Origin: Octopus sinensis
Lineage: Eukaryota
Direction of reading: 5' to 3'
Assembly: GCF_006345805.1 (NCBI RefSeq)
Contig: NC_043016.1
Location: forward strand, 28,086,001 to 28,150,000
DNA length: 64,000 nucleotides
The notes beneath the pieces were generated by a model that saw only the letters and a program-made list of their open reading frames with translations, had not been told where the DNA came from and ran no database searches. Position numbers and translations under genes: made by a program. Shown here one piece after another: positions 12,317 to 25,463 of the stretch; the first letter of the stretch is position 1; each line of letters begins with the position of its first letter.

Positions 12317-13607
12317 TTAACAAACTTATTACAACATTAGCAAGCCTATCTACTGGTCAGAAAGCTCATAATATGATGGATGATAACTAATTCTTGGCTA
12401 TTTCAGTTTTCATATGAATATTACAAAAAGAGCAACACCTTAGCCCCATAAATTTTCTGCATTGGAATTGACTACACTTTGAAAATATCCAGAGGATGCC
12501 ATTTGCCAAAAAAAGATTTTTTAAAATCCCAACTCACTTTTGCAGACATCATTGCTTCCTGCATCAAGGTAAGCCAAAGTCATAGACTACATAATTATTA
12601 AACAGTGGTTGCATAGAACTGAACACATCAAAAACAAATCAGAATGCAATCAAAAGAGGGCATACTGTATGACAGGAGTTCAATTAGAGTAAAATAAGTA
12701 TTTCACCAAAGTTACATTATGACAACCACATATTAATCAACAGGTAAAGTTAAGACTGTACAAAGCCAACCACTATCTCCTTGTATAATTATTACCATCA
12801 TCGTTTAATGTCTATTTCTCTGTTTGCATTGGATCACACAAAATTTGTTGAGGTAGATTTTCTGCAGTTGGGCCCTCTTCTTGCCACCAATCCTCACCTC
12901 TTTCCAAATAAGGTAGTACTTTTTATGACCAGACATATTTTCAGGAAAGATTGGATATGTAAAATATCATTTATAATTATCATGTCAAGGCAAGGAGATA
13001 GACTACAGAGGAATGTGGTTTTAGGATATCCTTTTTGCTGTAAAGGACAGGTCTTGCCAAGCACAGCAAAATACCAATCATCTTAGTTCTTTGTTTTCTC
13101 CCATGTAAAGCACAATATCTTGAGATCAGCCTTTAATACTTCATTCTATGTCTTCCTGGGTCTCCTCCTTTCACAAATTCTATCCATTTTAAGTGATTAG
13201 CACTTCTTTATGCAACTGTTCTCATTCACATGACCATACTAGCAGCTTTCTACCTTGCATACCCCATACTGCTTGTGCCTAATTTTGTCTTAATACATTA
13301 ATACTTTGTCATACATGCCCGATGATATCCTAAAACCACTTGGTTATCCTCTCTATCAGACACACCAAATATTTTTCCTGATTCACTCCCCCAAATCTGG
13401 TACTATTCAGCGGAACTGGCACATATCATATACCTTCTCTTCTGGTCACCCCACTCCTTCCCATAGAAACACTTCCATTCCTTATTTTCATCCCTGCCCT
13501 CACTATTTCTATCAATCACCTCCTAGCTGTACTTTCAGCCACTGCTCTCTTCTTCAGCTATACCCCATTCTTAACTCTCATATCTGCCATCATCCTCAAT
13601 GTACTTC

Positions 13608-13752
13608 TACAAGAGGGTGTTGAAAAGTTCCTGGCTTTAAGGATGTCATTAAAGGCTTGGTTGGAGGCCCAACCTTCTGAGTTCTTTTTCAGGGCTTAGA
13701 AATACTAAAGGACCACTGCAATAAGTGTGTGAATCTGTTGAATAAAATCAGA
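13608..13752 (+). mobile_element. mariner-derived MITE fragment
   Basis: TA followed by CAAGAGGGTGTTGAAAAGTTCC (mariner-like TIR), then ...gaccactgcaataagtgtgtgaatct...gttgaataaaat, resembling the 3' end of mariner transposase genes; no right TIR. Confidence 0.55.
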
Positions 13753-15479
13753 ATTAACTGATCCTCCTGAATTTTCTTTTACCCAAAGCCAAGAACTTTT
13801 CAGCATACCCTCGTATATCTCCCTCTCCACTACTCCTACATCTTGCATATCCTTCCTATTTTCTACTTTCTTACCCATTCTACTTCCCGAGCCACCCTTA
13901 TATCTCTCACCATACAGATATTTCTCATCAGCTTCACCACCACCCTTGTTTATCACTCATTATATTGACCCCCCCCCAACCCTTTAACAATCTGTTACTT
14001 CCTCACTTACACTCTTATGAAATTATCCACTCTCATCCCCTCCCACAATTCACTGTCCTTGTCCTCTGATGGTCACCTTCTTGTTCCTTGTGAGTTTGTT
14101 CTAGCACCCCATCACTTACCACAGGCTTATCTCCTTCAGTAGTGTATCTCCTCTAAAGTAAGACAACTGTGCTTGTTTTTCTATCATACACCTGGTCGTG
14201 TCATTCACCTTCCCCTTTCAAATATGTTTCTCCTAGTAGCAAGAGCTGTTCTCCTTTTCCCTCCTGTTCATTTTCTGTCCTGCAAGTTACATGGCAACCT
14301 CACTAGCACCAGTGACATGAAATTTGGAAGGACATCCAGCTGTAGAAACCATGCCAAACCTGTCATTAAAGCTTGGTGCAGCTTACCAGTTCCTGTTCAA
14401 ACCATCCAACTCATACTAGCATGGAAAACAGATGTTAAATGATCCTGATCACACACACACACACACACAGTGGACTCCCTTTCAGTCTCCATCTACCAAA
14501 TCCACTCACAAGTCTTTGGTCCAGTTCTAGGTTTATACTAGAAGACACTTTTCCCCAAGATAACACACAGCAGGACTAAACCAGAAGCATGAGGTTGGAA
14601 AGCAAATTTCTTAGCACACAGCTACAATTGCACCAATAATATAACAACTATTGGACACTATTCCAATATGGTGGTATGTTTACACTGAATAAACAATATT
14701 CAGTGAGACACACTAAGTATTTTCACTTATTGACATTTCTTAATCTTATTGAGTTTTACGCAAAGATTTATTAGAAATTATAAAAATAACTATATCTGGA
14801 TACCCCGGGAGTATTTATGATGTGGAGTCTTTGAAGCAGCCTTTATGACTGCCAGCGAAATGAGTTTGAAGAAATTAGTCGATCGACCATTATTACTACA
14901 GTGAAGGTAATTGAGATAGTTCAGTCATCAGACACAGAAACTCAATAATTGCCCATAAAGGTTACCTGCTGGTATTACAGGTAATAAATGGTCAGGTAAA
15001 GTATAACAAATAAAAAAAAAAATGCATGTAAAGATGATTCAAAGGTTGGTCAAGGAAGAACTAAGAGCAGAAATATACAATTGCTGTTGTGGACAACAAT
15101 TAATACTGCTGTCATTAGATCTGTTATCTCTGGTGATGAAATTGCATATAAATTCATGCAATAAATGGACTAAAACACATATGTATATATATTCAACTTT
15201 TTTTTTTTAATGTATTATGTATTCATAACATTTTTTACAAATCCATCTCTTTTTTTCTTCTTAGCATTGCAAATGTTAAAAATGTTTGGTCTTCAAATAC
15301 CAAGACAACTTGAATGGTTGGTGAGCAGAACAATAGACTTCTAAATACTCTTAAAAAAAAGGAAAAAGAAAAAAAAACAACAAAAAAAAAACAAACAAAA
15401 CAAAAGAAAAACACCTACAGCAGATAGTTTAAAGCAAACAAATTTGAAATGAGATGTTAAGGATTGACAAATTTGTTTC

Positions 15480-16789
15480 AAATTGTGTGTCTGTTTCTGC
15501 ATGTGCATATGCATGTATGATGAGAGATATGTTTATGTATGGGCATATATATTCACATATATATACACACACACACACACACACATGTATATACACACAC
15601 ATATGCATACATATGCACACACAGATATACGTACATACATACATACATAGACACACACTCAGAGGCTGAATGTGTATATGTAAACATGTATTTTTAAACA
15701 GATGTTTAGTAATATATGCAAGCAAGTCCACACAAAACATATTTCAAGACAATTCAACACACACACAAAAACCCCCATATTATTGGCTACTTAAGAACAT
15801 TAGATTTACATTAATGAATGAATGCAATCCAGCCTTTCATAATGCTGGCAAACATAATTTATAACAATTTCACAAACAATACACACATTTAAAACAAACT
15901 TTACTGTGTATTTCCTTTTATGTACATTTATGTATATCAACAACTTAATACCAAAGCATGCTTGTGTGTGAACTTTATTATATAAGCATATATGTGTGTG
16001 TATGTGTGACTGTACAAACATTCTTATTCATATATACACACACACACACATTAACATAGAAAACAATATAAATAAAAGCACACAAGATATGTAGTTGTGT
16101 CTGACAAGGTTTTTTTCTCTCTTAAATAATATCTTCAAGATGATTTTAAAATGATTTGCTAAACAGCGAATGTAGTAAGGATTTAATAAATTTTTTTCTA
16201 TTTAGGTAAAGATAAAAACATTTTAAGCTAAAAACTCTGTCTTCAATAATTGATCTGTCACAACACAAAGGTATTTGATCACTTTTATCAATATGTCTTT
16301 AAGTAGATGAATATAATCAGTATAACTTGAGGAGGTCTAGTAGTGTTCTACAGCAGCAAGTGGATTATATTGCAAAATTAGTTGCTATGTTAGTGTGTTG
16401 TTAAGAACAGATACTTAAGGTTTTCAGCAGGCCCCTTCAGCATCTGGTAAATGGAAAAAAGGCCCAGACATATATAATAAAGTTTTTTTTTTCTGGTAGA
16501 AGAATTGTATGTGTGACCTCTCTCTCTCTCTCTGTATATACATATATATATATATATATATATACACGCACACACACACACGCATATATAATGTCTGTTT
16601 TCATGGAGAGTTATAATACAAACAATTTTACATTAAACTGAACTCAATATTTTTTGTAGAGTATATATTTATTAAACCTTTGCAAGAAAAGGGGTGATTA
16701 ATGACTTCAAAGTCCGTCACCACTCTTGTAAAAGTTATATATACATACATATATATATATACATATATTATATATATATACACATATAT

Positions 16790-16822
<33 letters not shown>

Positions 16823-16862
16823 CACACACATACACACTCACATACATACATACATACATACA
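15480..16862. repeat. Cluster of (CA)n, (TA)n, (CT)n and (TACA)n microsatellites; many others window-wide, e.g. (TAT)n at 32424-32456 and (TG)n at 49368-49402
   Basis: Directly visible. Confidence 0.9.
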
Positions 16863-18624
16863 AAATGCTAGAAAATTCTTTGGTCTCTGGCATGAAATGA
16901 TGAATTCCCTTTTGTTTATCAATAATATAGATTATCAGGCAGTCACAAAAAAAAAAAAAAAAAGAATATTCAAATAGCTGAAAGAACCAATTCATTTACA
17001 ATTTTCAAGTTAATTCAATACACAATAGACATTCCAAAAGTTTTCACTCTGACTATGGTCCTTTGATAGAAATCCCCAATTATTTTCATTGCTTTTTATA
17101 ACATTTCTGTTTTGGCAAGTTGGATTTTGAAGTAGATAAGCTATAAATTATAGCATGGAAATATTTTGTGATTTTTACAAGATCAATTAGCATTTAAAGC
17201 CTCATGCTGTAATTAGATTTTTATTTTAATATTCTGGAGATGACTGCATCACAGGAAATTAATGACCTCAGGTGAAATATGTACTGTGAAGAGTGCTGTT
17301 CGTACCTTTCAACAGTCAAACATTGACCAATTGAATATCTTCAAGGAAAGCAGTTTTTCATAGACAAACTGCAAGCAAGTTGAGTAATAAGAAAATAACC
17401 CCTAAGGATAAGGTCACTGCTGTTAAATATGTCTTATAGAGCAGAGAGGTTAATGGTGACTTTGATGAAAAATTAAAGTATTCTTAAATATGTTGGGGGT
17501 CAAAACTTTTGCAATAGCCCTTGTAGATCGTAGATGAGAGTGCATGACATTATAATCATTGATTGATGAATAATCAATACCAAAGCATTTATAATAGAAC
17601 AAGTAGGTAAACACTGACATTATAATTATAGGGTTAGGGCATTATCACTTAACACTCATTTACAACTATCATGCAATGTGGTAGTTGTAAATGAGTATCA
17701 GTGTCACCAAGACAAGGAGACACAAACTTACACACACACCTTAATTATATATACCTATGTATATGCACACACATACACACACACACAATTGGGATCCCTA
17801 CCTGATTTTCTCCTCAAGCCTTCCCTGCCACCCTACATCTCTCATCTCCTCACATATTAAGTCTGCCTCTTCTCACTCCCTTGTAACCAACCCAATCATA
17901 CATCATCATTCTCTCTCTCTCTCTTTCTCTCTCTCATACATATATATAGTGAGAATTTACACAAAAACAAAAGACGAAGACAGGTGTGTAAACAACAAAC
18001 AGATGCATTAGTTTAACACTCAGGAAGTGAGAAAATCTTTTATATTTCGAGCCTACGCTCTTTGATAGAAAGGAACACAGAAATAAACATATATACATAT
18101 ATGAGTATGCCTGGCGTTTTGCCACCATCTCCATCCTGTGATTTCCCACTCTCTTTCCTTCTCCTGCACTTCACTCAGGTTGGGCAACCATGTACTTTCT
18201 TTGCAGTACCACACCTGTTTCTGCTTTCATTCCTGATCTTTCCTTCTTCAGCAAGACACCTGTATCTGTCTCACTATAACCTTTTATTCATCACCTCCTC
18301 CACTCTTAAAAGATTTTGTCTTGCAAGTACTTGGTGACCCTTAGAGTGCAAGTGTCACTAAAAAGCACCCAGTCCACATTGTAAAATGGCCGGTGTTCGG
18401 AAGGGCATTCAGCTGTAAAAACCTTGCTAAAACTGAGCCACTCTGTTGAGTAGTTGGTGTTAGGAAGGGTATCCAGCTGTAAAAATCCTGCCAAAATGGC
18501 CACAGAAGTCTGGTGCAGGCTTTGGCTTGGCTGGCTCTTGTGGTACTGTCCTACCCATGCTAGCATGGAAGATGGACATTAACCGATGATGATGATGGTA
18601 ATATATATATATATATATATGTAT

Positions 18625-18940
18625 GGAGGTGCAATGGCCCAGTGGTTAGGGCAGCAGACTCATGGTCGGAAGATCGCTGTTTCGATTCCCAGACCGGGTG
18701 TTGTGTGTATCTATTGAGTGAAAACACCAAAAGCTTCATGAGGCTCCAGCAAGGGGTGGTGGTGACCCCTGTTGTACTCTTTCGCCCCAACTTTCTCTCA
18801 CTCTTTCTTCCTGTTTCTTGATTAATGCTGCGATGGATTGGCGTCCCGTCCAGCTGGGGGGGAACACATACGCCACAGAAACCAGGAAACCGGTCCCATG
18901 AGCCTGGCTAGGCTTGAAAAGGACGCATGAATAAATAAAA
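18625..18940 (+). mobile_element. Young tRNA-derived SINE inserted in a (TA)n tract
   Basis: GGAGGTGCAATGGCCCAGTGGTTAGG (A box) ... GTTTCGATTCCC (B box); many CpGs retained; AATAAA tail; (TA)n on both sides. Confidence 0.8.
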
Positions 18941-21900
18941 TATAATATATATATATATATATATATACATACATACACACACTGTATTATTACTATTCTG
19001 CTACTCCTCACTCCAGTCAATCATAACCTAATAAACTCAGTGACTTCCCCCATATCTCAAATATTTCATTGATCACCTCTTTACTTCTGTCAACCCTTCA
19101 CTACAGCTACCAGTCTCTTCCATACTTTCTCACTAATGCATATTTATCATTGAACACTTCTCAACTTTTATTCTTTATTTATTTTATTCACTCCCCTCAC
19201 TTATTTCCATTATTCAATTCTTCAGTCACCCACACACTCTTGCAACTTCTACCCAGCCACAATCCCTTTTCTGTCCCCAACCATGTCTACTCACTTTATA
19301 TTTTGACACTCCACCCTCTTGCCAGCTCCATACTAGTCATGTAGGTTCCCTACAGCAAGAAACCTGTTCTGTTTTGATTCTTTCTTCCATACTTGAACTC
19401 TGCATTTCCTAACCTAAAGCTGCGTCCCTCTCTACTGTAGCCCCACCCGCTCAAAGGAGATCTTAGTCATGCAAGATGCACAATGACTTCACTCGTGCTG
19501 GTGCCACAAAAGCACCCACTACACACTGTAACATGGTTAGTGTTAGGAAAGATGTTCAGCCATAGAAACCTCAGAGCTGATAAATCCATGCTATCCGTGC
19601 CAGCAAGTAATGATGATATATATATAAATATACATTCATATGTATATAATATACACACACACACACATACGTCTCTGTAAATTAATATATATATATGACG
19701 CTATAGAATTCATGTTTGCCAGTAAGCAGAGGACCACAAAGAACTTTTGCATTATGATAACCCAGGAACAATGACTGAAGCTTCAGTATTACCAACATAA
19801 AATAAGCAAAAAGAAAAAAAAAAGACAACAAAACCCTCAAAATACTGTGAAATTTACATTAGTTTTAAAGAAAATTTATCTTCATAAACAACAATGGAAC
19901 ACAGACAGACTGACACACACACATTGACACAAAGCAGAATTTCGGGATTTTTGACTCCTTTTTGTAACTGAATCAGCTACCAGAGAAGGGAGTTTTTGTC
20001 AATCTAGTGTAAAAAGTAATATCACATTGATTTTGTAAAAATATATTTGAATGAATCTTTCTGACCTGGTTGTCATCAATCCCAACTTAATATTTTGATG
20101 GACCTTGGTTTTTGTTTCTCACAAGAAATATAAACATATTTTTTCCTTTTTATATTTCCTTTAGATAAAGTAAATTCACGGAACTTGTTTAAGAAGAGAT
20201 AAGATGTGAAGAAGGAGCTCCAATGAAAATGCCCAATTTGGTGAAGGAAGCTATATTAGAAGTATTTAAATTTTTTTTTAAATCTCACCTGGAACCAGTG
20301 TATAAAGAAGTTGACAAAAACAGAGGAGGTGGGAAGAGAGAGAAGAATGATGCATCGAAATGTGAAGTCACAGTTGCATCTAGGAACCAATGGAAGACCC
20401 TCTATGTGGTCATCTGACCTGCTAGAAATGACAGCCAAGTCTCCCTCAAATTACACCAAATAATCTTAAAAACATGCAAGGGCACATTAAATAACATAGT
20501 TCATGATATACTGTGTCTAATGAAAAACAGGTCATGGCTTAAACATTTTCATTGGTCTGCTTGATGAGGGCTAGGGGTAAATAACATTTCCACTGTCAAA
20601 AGCTTTCATAAATGTACTCAATGAGATGAATAAGCCAACGCTAAACAACAACAACATATGCAGTGTGAGATATGTAACTTTCAAGTCAACAATTAAATAG
20701 AAATCAATGTTGGTTTATATTTTGTTCAAACAATTATGAAACGTGTACATTTGTATTTTTGATAGATTTTCCTTAAAAATTTGATTAAATAATAATTTTA
20801 CCAAGTGCAAATCATATTTTAAAATTTCTAAATTAGTAATTTAGCACCAGCCCAGATTGTATGGTCTATAATCACTTATGACCATGCTCTCTTTCCACTT
20901 TCAACATTCTGCCTTCAACTTTTTGCAGACAACGTATATCTATGAATACATTATCTAATGTGTCCTTCCTTCTTTTATGATAACGGAGCATGAATTGGCT
21001 GATATTATTGGCATGAAGACAACCAATGAACACTGGTTGTCTTCATTGATTCAAGTTGATAATAATAATAATAAATAATATTTGAACTGAACTATTGATA
21101 TAACTTATCTCATGAACACTGTTATTCCTTGCTTGTTTTGTCCAAATTTACCTGGTAAATCAGCTCAACATTTCAACATTACATGATTTATCTTCAATTC
21201 AGTCTTGTGCCACCTTGGAGACAAATGAGACCAGGTTTTGCTGGATGTGAAATGTTAGTGTGAGTAAATGACAAAGAAAAAAAAAAATTAGGTATAAGAG
21301 GAATGAGATGTTGTAAGAGAGAAGACTGAAGTGGTTGAGACATGTGAGAGAGGATGACATGGGAAGAAGTGATGAAGTCTGATCTTACCTCTTCAAAGAG
21401 ATTATGAAGGATCACAAGTAGTGAGGCTGTCTGTTGGAGAAAATTCTATTTCTCCAAGTGGTTCCAACCAAGATGCATTTCGTGCCATATCAAGAAACTA
21501 CCCTCTCACTGGTTTTTGAGAAATAATCATTTTTCATGTTGTGTGTCAAAAGCATCAATATAATTGAATGATCTTGTCTTCATCTTTTTAGATACAAAAG
21601 TTTCCAAAACAGAACATCTGAAGGATCAGCTCAACATGATAGCAATGAGCAACAAAGCCTACACTGTATTGAATAACAATAGCAAAAATTGGTGGGATGA
21701 GTCTATAAATCAAAATTGCTAAATAATTTCATAATATCAACAGAAAGGGCATGTTTTATGTTCTGTCAAACTTTGGTGTCTCACAAGAGATTGTCAAACC
21801 ATCACCACCATGCATGAAAACCCATCAAGCCTTATGCAAAGAACAAACAGTCCAATTTAAAGAGTTTCCAATAACAGCAAGTAACCTTTATAGAGACACT

Positions 21901-23467
21901 AACCCTTTTTTCTCTTTATGATTGTAATGGACTACATCCTTAAGCCAAGTCAAATACCTCACCACCAAGCAGCTGTGATCAAGACATTAACAGGGCCTAA
22001 ATATCTGAATCTGGACAATGTTGATGATCTTGACCTCACAGTTCATCAACTGTGATATTTAACATCACTTGAGAATACTGAAGGCAAAGTTGGTGACCTT
22101 CACTGAAGATGAAAGCTATTTGGCAATTTGTTTCAATGATGGCACATAACTCAAGGGGGCGAGTGACTTCAAGAACCTTAGAGAAGATATAACAAATATA
22201 TATACATATATATATAATTTACATCTATTACTCCATGGCAGCATGGGTTGGATGAGTCTCACTATGGTAATTTGTCATGTGGCAATAGGCCATATAGATC
22301 AAAGATCAGATTCATATATTTCATGATAAGTGAGAAATTGAGATGCAAGGAACTGAACAAACTGATAATGAACTACTGCGAATGTCATTTAATCAGAGGG
22401 GGACATTAACCAGTAACACAAACACCAGCCCCGCCACTACAATGATGCTGTTGCAATAAACCAGGGATTCTATATTTAATTACTTCATTTAACAAGAAAC
22501 CAGATTTGGGGAAAGTAATTAAGAATTCTTTTACACAGATATTTTTTTAAAGTATATAACATGAACCCATAAGGCAAAAAAAAAAAACAACAACCCACCT
22601 CCCCAGACAAAAAGAACAAGTATAAATATACATACATAAATACATGTTTGTGCATATATGTTATATAAGTATATAAGCATGTGTGTATATATGTGTGTGT
22701 GGATATGTACATATGTATATACACATCTTTATAGATTGGCAGTTAGTCAACATTAATCACAGGATGAGAAATAGTAGTGTCCTTCAAGAAGCATTAAATT
22801 TTCACACACACACACGCACAAACACACATAAATTAAATTTAGCGAAGCTTTGACAAAACAACACAAGAGGTGAGATTCAGGCGCATCAAAAGAATGAAAC
22901 AAGGCCACAAATTCGGGCTGTATAAACTGTTCTTCTCCAGTATTCAGTGCCTCTTATGGGATGATTTTGTTTAATTTTGTTTCCAATTTAAATATTTCAA
23001 ATGTTTTGTAGTTTGTGTAGATGTAGTTACAGAAACAAGCAGCATTGATTTCACTTAGCAATTTCAGAATGTTAACTGAAGTCTATGGTCCCAGCTATTG
23101 ATGGAGCTGGTTTGTGTGTGTGCGTGTGCGTGTGTGCATATGTGTATATATATGTGTGATGTAGTAAGATGACAAAACAGAAGGAAAAAAAAAAAAAATG
23201 AATTGGGAGATAAGTTATAGTTATTTTATCAAATGTCATTTGTTTTGTGTCATTCCTTCATTAGAATAATTTGAAAATAAATGAATATTTTGAAGGTAAA
23301 AAAAAAAGAAAAAAAAAAGGGGGTTTCATACAAATGAAATGAACAAAGAAAAAACTTCAAAGAAACAAAGAAAAGACAGATAACTTTGTTGTTGCCACGG
23401 TTACAATATACAAAGTAACCTAGACAGTGGTGGTGGTGGTGGTAGTGGTGGGACGGTCTGTAAATAA

Positions 23468-23567
23468 TCATGAAGTAAGGGGTCGCGGGTCATCATCATA
23501 ATAATCTCCGTTGTTAGGCTCTATGACAAGAGTACATTCAGATTCACGTAGATGAGATGGTAGACAT
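23468..23567 (-). CDS. ZDHHC2/15/20: DHHC palmitoyltransferase, probable last coding exon (CLPSHLRESECTLVIEPNNGDYYDDDPRPLTS*)
   Basis: Strong acceptor ttttctttctttccattttttag; open in phase 2 to TGA at 23470-23468; CpG-retaining; followed by UTR-like AT-rich and microsatellite sequence. No motif-level homology support. Confidence 0.75.
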
Positions 23568-23688
23568 CTAAAAAATGGAAAGAAAGAAAATTACAATGTT
23601 ATGCAAAGATATGTATTTAAAGACATATATCTGTGTGTGCATGTGTATATCAGTCTATATATTTATTTATCTATCTATCTATCTACAC

Positions 23689-24004
23689 GTGTGGTTCTCA
23701 ACCGGGGTTTATATAAGATTTTTGGTGGTCTCTGCAACAAAATAGTAAATTGGGGATCCACAATAGTATTTTAAGGGTTCCTGAAAAAATTTTGCTTTAG
23801 ATGTAAGTATTGCAAGAAACAACCTGGTTTCTTTCTGTAGCATTCCACATAATCCAACCGACACAAGTTAAAAAAACAAAATAGGAATTTTGAAAGAAGC
23901 TTATTTGTTAAACTAGTTTTTGAACAATGAATGGCTATGAGGGTCCACCAGAATAAAATAGCAATCAAAGGGGTCCATAGATTAAAAATGGTTGAGAACC
24001 CCTG
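23689..24004 (+). mobile_element. hAT (Charlie-like) MITE
   Basis: TIR GTGGTTCTCAACC...GGTTGAGAACCCCTG; exact 8-bp TSD ATCTACAC at 23681-23688 and 24005-24012. Confidence 0.85.
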
Positions 24005-25388
24005 ATCTACACACACACACAAAACTTCTGCACTACTTTCTTCTACTAAAATCCACTCACAAAGCATTGGTCAACTCAATAGTTGAAGTGTAGTGAGACA
24101 TGAAAGGAACTTTGTTGCTGTGGCTGGCAGACGCCAGCCAGTGAAGCTGACGATGTAGTAATACAGGTAGTAACTTCCACCCAGCAATAAAATATGCGCC
24201 TTTCAAAGAGGAAGGTTAGTTGCAGATTTGATGCTGAGAAAGCAACATCACTTACTACAATGTGGCATCTGTTTTAAGTTCAGCACCAACATATCCTGTG
24301 GTGGATTTGATAGCCATAAGGGCTAATTCAACCTTTCTTCACTGAGACAGTAATGGTGTTCATAATCATCATCATGAAACCCAATACATTCTGCGGCATA
24401 AATGCCATCAAAACTAAAATATATTGTAAGTCATACCAATTTCTTCATGTCCCATTACACAGCTTCAAGTCAGTAATGTTTCTCTATTGTTTTACATTCA
24501 CACACTTCTAAATAAATAACTATATTTTTGTTAACATCATACCTTCTGATGTTTATTCAACATGCATACTTTGGAACCTCATAACATATCTTTCAACACT
24601 AAAGAAGATTCTTGCCCAAGCACCAAGAAGGAAGATTGGATCTGAAATCATGTGGTAGTAAAGTGAACTTGATAACAAAGTGTCCAGTCCAATGGCACTT
24701 GACTGGTACTTATTGACCTTGGAAGGATGAAAGGCAAAGCTGACTTGCTTGAGATTTCAACTGAGAGTGATGAAGTACCACAAGGTATTTTGTGCAATAC
24801 TCTACTAATTTCTTCATCCACTGCCATATTAGTCAACAACTAATATCTACATTGCAGTTCAAGTTTGAATGTTCATGGAAAAGTATTCCAATTTTAAACC
24901 GTTTTTTTCTTCTTAGTTTCAGTTCTACCCATGCTTCCTCTATTTGTACTCAATCCCTTGCAGATTCTGGCTGTCAACTTCATGTATGACTACAATGCAA
25001 CCATCATCATCATTATTAATTAAACAGCAATGGTTACTAAATGGGAAGCTTACTGTTACAAGTTTCTCTTTCACTGGTCCATTTGTTTGTGTTTCTTTTT
25101 ACTTTTGTAAAAAAAGAGAAATGGACCTACCACAAGGTGCTTGTAATACATAATTCAACATTCAGCTTTATAAAGTTTTTATCATAAACTATATTTTCAC
25201 TTAATTACCATTAACGAGACAGTGACATCTCAATTATGAATACAACTTCTCTCTCTTTCTCGCTCTCACTCTCTCCTAATCTAGGATAGTAAGCCAAACT
25301 AATGTCAATTATCTCCCATGAAATAATTTACAGTTGAGAACAATCAAGATTGTATTATTAGCAATGAACAGAGAAAGATAATAACAAC

Positions 25389-25463
25389 CCAGCGCTTGTG
25401 CCCATAGTCTGATAGCAGCTTCCTGTAGAGGTTCTAGAGCGGTAAGACACACCATCTCCACAA
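25389..25463 (-). CDS. ZDHHC2/15/20: DHHC palmitoyltransferase, 75-nt exon (SCGDGVSYRSRTSTGSCYQTMGTSAG)
   Basis: cttttattttcag acceptor; conserved GDG motif; the donor GG|gttgtt is weak but keeps phase 2 into the last exon. Confidence 0.8.

Noticed and set aside
15429-16995. Cys/Val/Tyr/Ile/His/Thr-rich ORFs
   Set aside because: Translations of (CA)n and (TA)n microsatellites
17000-17525. Tc1-like element ending in caaaacttttgcaatagcccttgta
   Set aside because: Only one TIR-like end; no matching left end or transposase motif found
18625-18700. tRNA gene (also considered at 38228, 1055 and 49205)
   Set aside because: A and B boxes are present, but there is no complete cloverleaf and the sequence continues into SINE bodies
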